Assembly (NCBI RefSeq): GCF_036723115.1
Contig: NZ_DAIMHV010000002.1
Span: 1-62,202, forward strand
Direction: 5' to 3'
Length of the DNA stretch: 62,202 nucleotides
DNA from: Phenylobacterium sp.
Lineage (GTDB): Bacteria; Pseudomonadota; Alphaproteobacteria; Caulobacterales; Caulobacteraceae
In this document: piece after piece, positions 60,554 to 62,202 of the stretch
Layout: each line of letters starts with the position of its first letter
Position numbering within the stretch: the stretch's first letter is position 1
Translations under genes and position numbers: made by a program
Notes under the pieces: model-generated
Seen by the model: only the letters and a program-made list of their open reading frames with translations
Database searches by the model: none
What the model was told of the DNA's origin: nothing

Positions 60554-61033
60554 TCAGGGTCGTTTGAGAGCCGGCGCGGACGGCGGTTCAGGAGAAAGCG
60601 CAGGCTCAAGGCCAAGTTCCGCGGCGCGGCGCGCTTCAGCCTCCCGGGGGTCCAGGCGATAGGCCACCGAGCCCATGCGCCGGGCCAGGGCCTCGCCCCG
60701 GCGGGCGGCCGCCACCTCGGCCAGGCGGCTGTCTCGACTGCAGGCCGGAAACTCCGCCCGGCGGGCGGCGAAGCCTGAGTTGAAGGCCTCTTTCAGTCGC
60801 CGGTCCAGGGTGGCGTCGGGCGCTTCGGCATCGGTCATGCCGAGCATCCGATCCCGCCAGAACTGATCATAGGCGCCGTTGCAGGCCTGGCGCAGGGCGT
60901 GGCTCTCGCCCAGGGCGTAGGCCAGGTCGATCAGGCTCTGCCGATGGGCGGGCGACCGCTCCTGGGCCAGGGTGGGACCGGCGGCCAGCAGCAGGCCGAC
61001 CGTCAGCACGAAGATGTGGGCGCGGGGGCTCAT
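60554..61033 (-). CDS. TIGR02301 family exported protein
   Basis: Signal peptide, LA..LGESHALRQAC...DQFWRDRM..M.DAE, AFNSGF. Confidence 0.82.
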   Translation of the reverse strand: MSPRAHIFVLTVGLLLAAGPTLAQERSPAHRQSLIDLAYALGESHALRQACNGAYDQFWRDRMLGMTDAEAPDATLDRRLKEAFNSGFAARRAEFPACSRDSRLAEVAAARRGEALARRMGSVAYRLDPREAEARRAAELGLEPALSPEPPSAPALKRP

Positions 61034-61152
61034 GGGCGGAGTTAGCCGCGCCGCGCCCGTCCTGTCACCTGGGCGCGCGTAGCGGGCGAACCCTCGCCCG
61101 CGGCGGACTGATCTGCTAGCGGAGATTCCAGAAAAGACCGGGGGGATCTCAC

Positions 61153-61635
61153 ATGCATCACATCACACTGCGCGCGCTGGCGGCCCTCAGCCTCCTGGCC
61201 GCGACGATCGCTCCAGCCCAGGCGCAGGACAGTTCGGCCCGCGATCCCAGCACCCTGATCTCGGTCCTGGCCGAGATGGACGCCCGGGCGGAGCTCCATA
61301 GCCGCGACTCCGGCGCGGTGCGTCTCGACGTCATCACGCCCGGGGGCATTTTCGGGGCGGAGTTCCTGGGCTGCGAAGAGAGCGGCCGCGACTGCCGCGC
61401 CCTGCGCTTCACCGCCAGCCTGGGGGAGCGGGCGGTCACCGAGGCGGCGCTCCACGCCTATAACGACCGCGAGGTCCTCTGCCGCGCCGTGCGACGCGAG
61501 GGCGAGGTCCATGTGCGCTACGGGACCTTGCTCAGCGACACTCAGAGCCGCGCGGACCTCAAGGCCCATATCGGCGCCTGGCAAGGCTGCCTTCGCACCA
61601 TGGCCGATCTCGTGAACGGGGCCCCCAAGCCGTAG
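61153..61635 (+). CDS. Exported hypothetical protein (YbjN-like domain)
   Basis: Signal peptide, F.GC....DC.AL.F, YN....CRA. GGGGGA RBS. Confidence 0.7.
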   Translation: MHHITLRALAALSLLAATIAPAQAQDSSARDPSTLISVLAEMDARAELHSRDSGAVRLDVITPGGIFGAEFLGCEESGRDCRALRFTASLGERAVTEAALHAYNDREVLCRAVRREGEVHVRYGTLLSDTQSRADLKAHIGAWQGCLRTMADLVNGAPKP

Positions 61636-61660
61636 GTGCGCCTCTTCCCCGGGCGCCGGG

Positions 61661-62200
61661 TCAGGCCGGCGCGCGGCTCCTCCGCAGGGCCGCCATCCGG
61701 TCGATGGCGGCCTCGGCCTCGGCCATCATCTCGGCGACGACCTGAGCGGCGGGCTTGATGTCGCGCACCCCGCCGGCCGACTGCCCCATGGCAAAGCAGG
61801 ACCGGTCGGGATCCAGGCCCTCGGTCTGGCCGCCTATGCCGCCCATGACCCCCGTGCGCGAGGACAGGACCGCCTGCATGGGGAAGGGTTGGATGTCCTG
61901 GGGACGGGTCTCCCAGTCCTCCACATAGGGGTTCTTCTTCACCCGCATGGGCTTGCCGGAATAGCAGCGGGTGCGGACGGTGTCGTCGTCCTGGGCCTCC
62001 ACCACCGCCTCGCGGTACATCTGGCCGGCATGGGCCTCGGGCGTGGCGATGAATCGGGTGCCGATCCAGACCCCCTGGGCGCCGAGGGCGAGCGCGGCGG
62101 CCAGGCCCCGGCCGTCGTGAATGCCGCCGGCGGCCACCACCGGGATCTTCACCGCCTCCACCGCCTGGGCCACCAGAGGCAGGGTCCCGACCAGGCCCGT
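61661..62200 (-). CDS. Nitronate monooxygenase / FabK-like flavoprotein, 5' end outside the window (partial)
   Basis: [41 protein letters not shown]. Frame open to the window end. Confidence 0.9.
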   Translation of the reverse strand, partial: TGLVGTLPLVAQAVEAVKIPVVAAGGIHDGRGLAAALALGAQGVWIGTRFIATPEAHAGQMYREAVVEAQDDDTVRTRCYSGKPMRVKKNPYVEDWETRPQDIQPFPMQAVLSSRTGVMGGIGGQTEGLDPDRSCFAMGQSAGGVRDIKPAAQVVAEMMAEAEAAIDRMAALRRSRAPA

Positions 62201-62202
62201 AT

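Overview
High-GC alphaproteobacterial chromosome segment. Gene content and order (rplY-pth-ychF, petABC, rnhB-ccrM-mutY-dciA-dsbA-smc-atpIBEF'F, gcvT-H-PA-PB, ispH-thrB-rnhA) point to Caulobacteraceae, probably a Phenylobacterium/Caulobacter-like organism (inference). Most of the window is housekeeping, with small accessory modules: arsR-arsI-arsC-acr3, a YciI(DGPF)/ECF42-type sigma pair, ArsR-SRPBCC-GST, and SDR/GNAT/acyl-CoA genes. I saw no rRNA, tRNA, CRISPR array, transposase or prophage. The most interesting signals are non-coding or very small. (1) Four copies of a ~116-bp double-hairpin, CIR/MITE-like repeat lie between converging genes, and three supply the last codons and stop codon of a neighbouring gene. 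(2) An unannotated 14-aa Arg-rich leader ORF (MRALRRTERARRAI, tandem CGA-CGA) precedes a GNAT operon. (3) A structured, riboswitch-like leader plus a coupled 17-aa uORF precedes a Ca/Na antiporter. (4) A secreted protein is built from five 4-Cys repeats. (5) A shared ECF42-type promoter motif links a distant VOC gene to the ECF42 locus. A tandem glycine riboswitch and CtrA-like/GANTC sites at ccrM and dsbA-smc are also present. All family calls come from motif recognition by eye; no database search was run.
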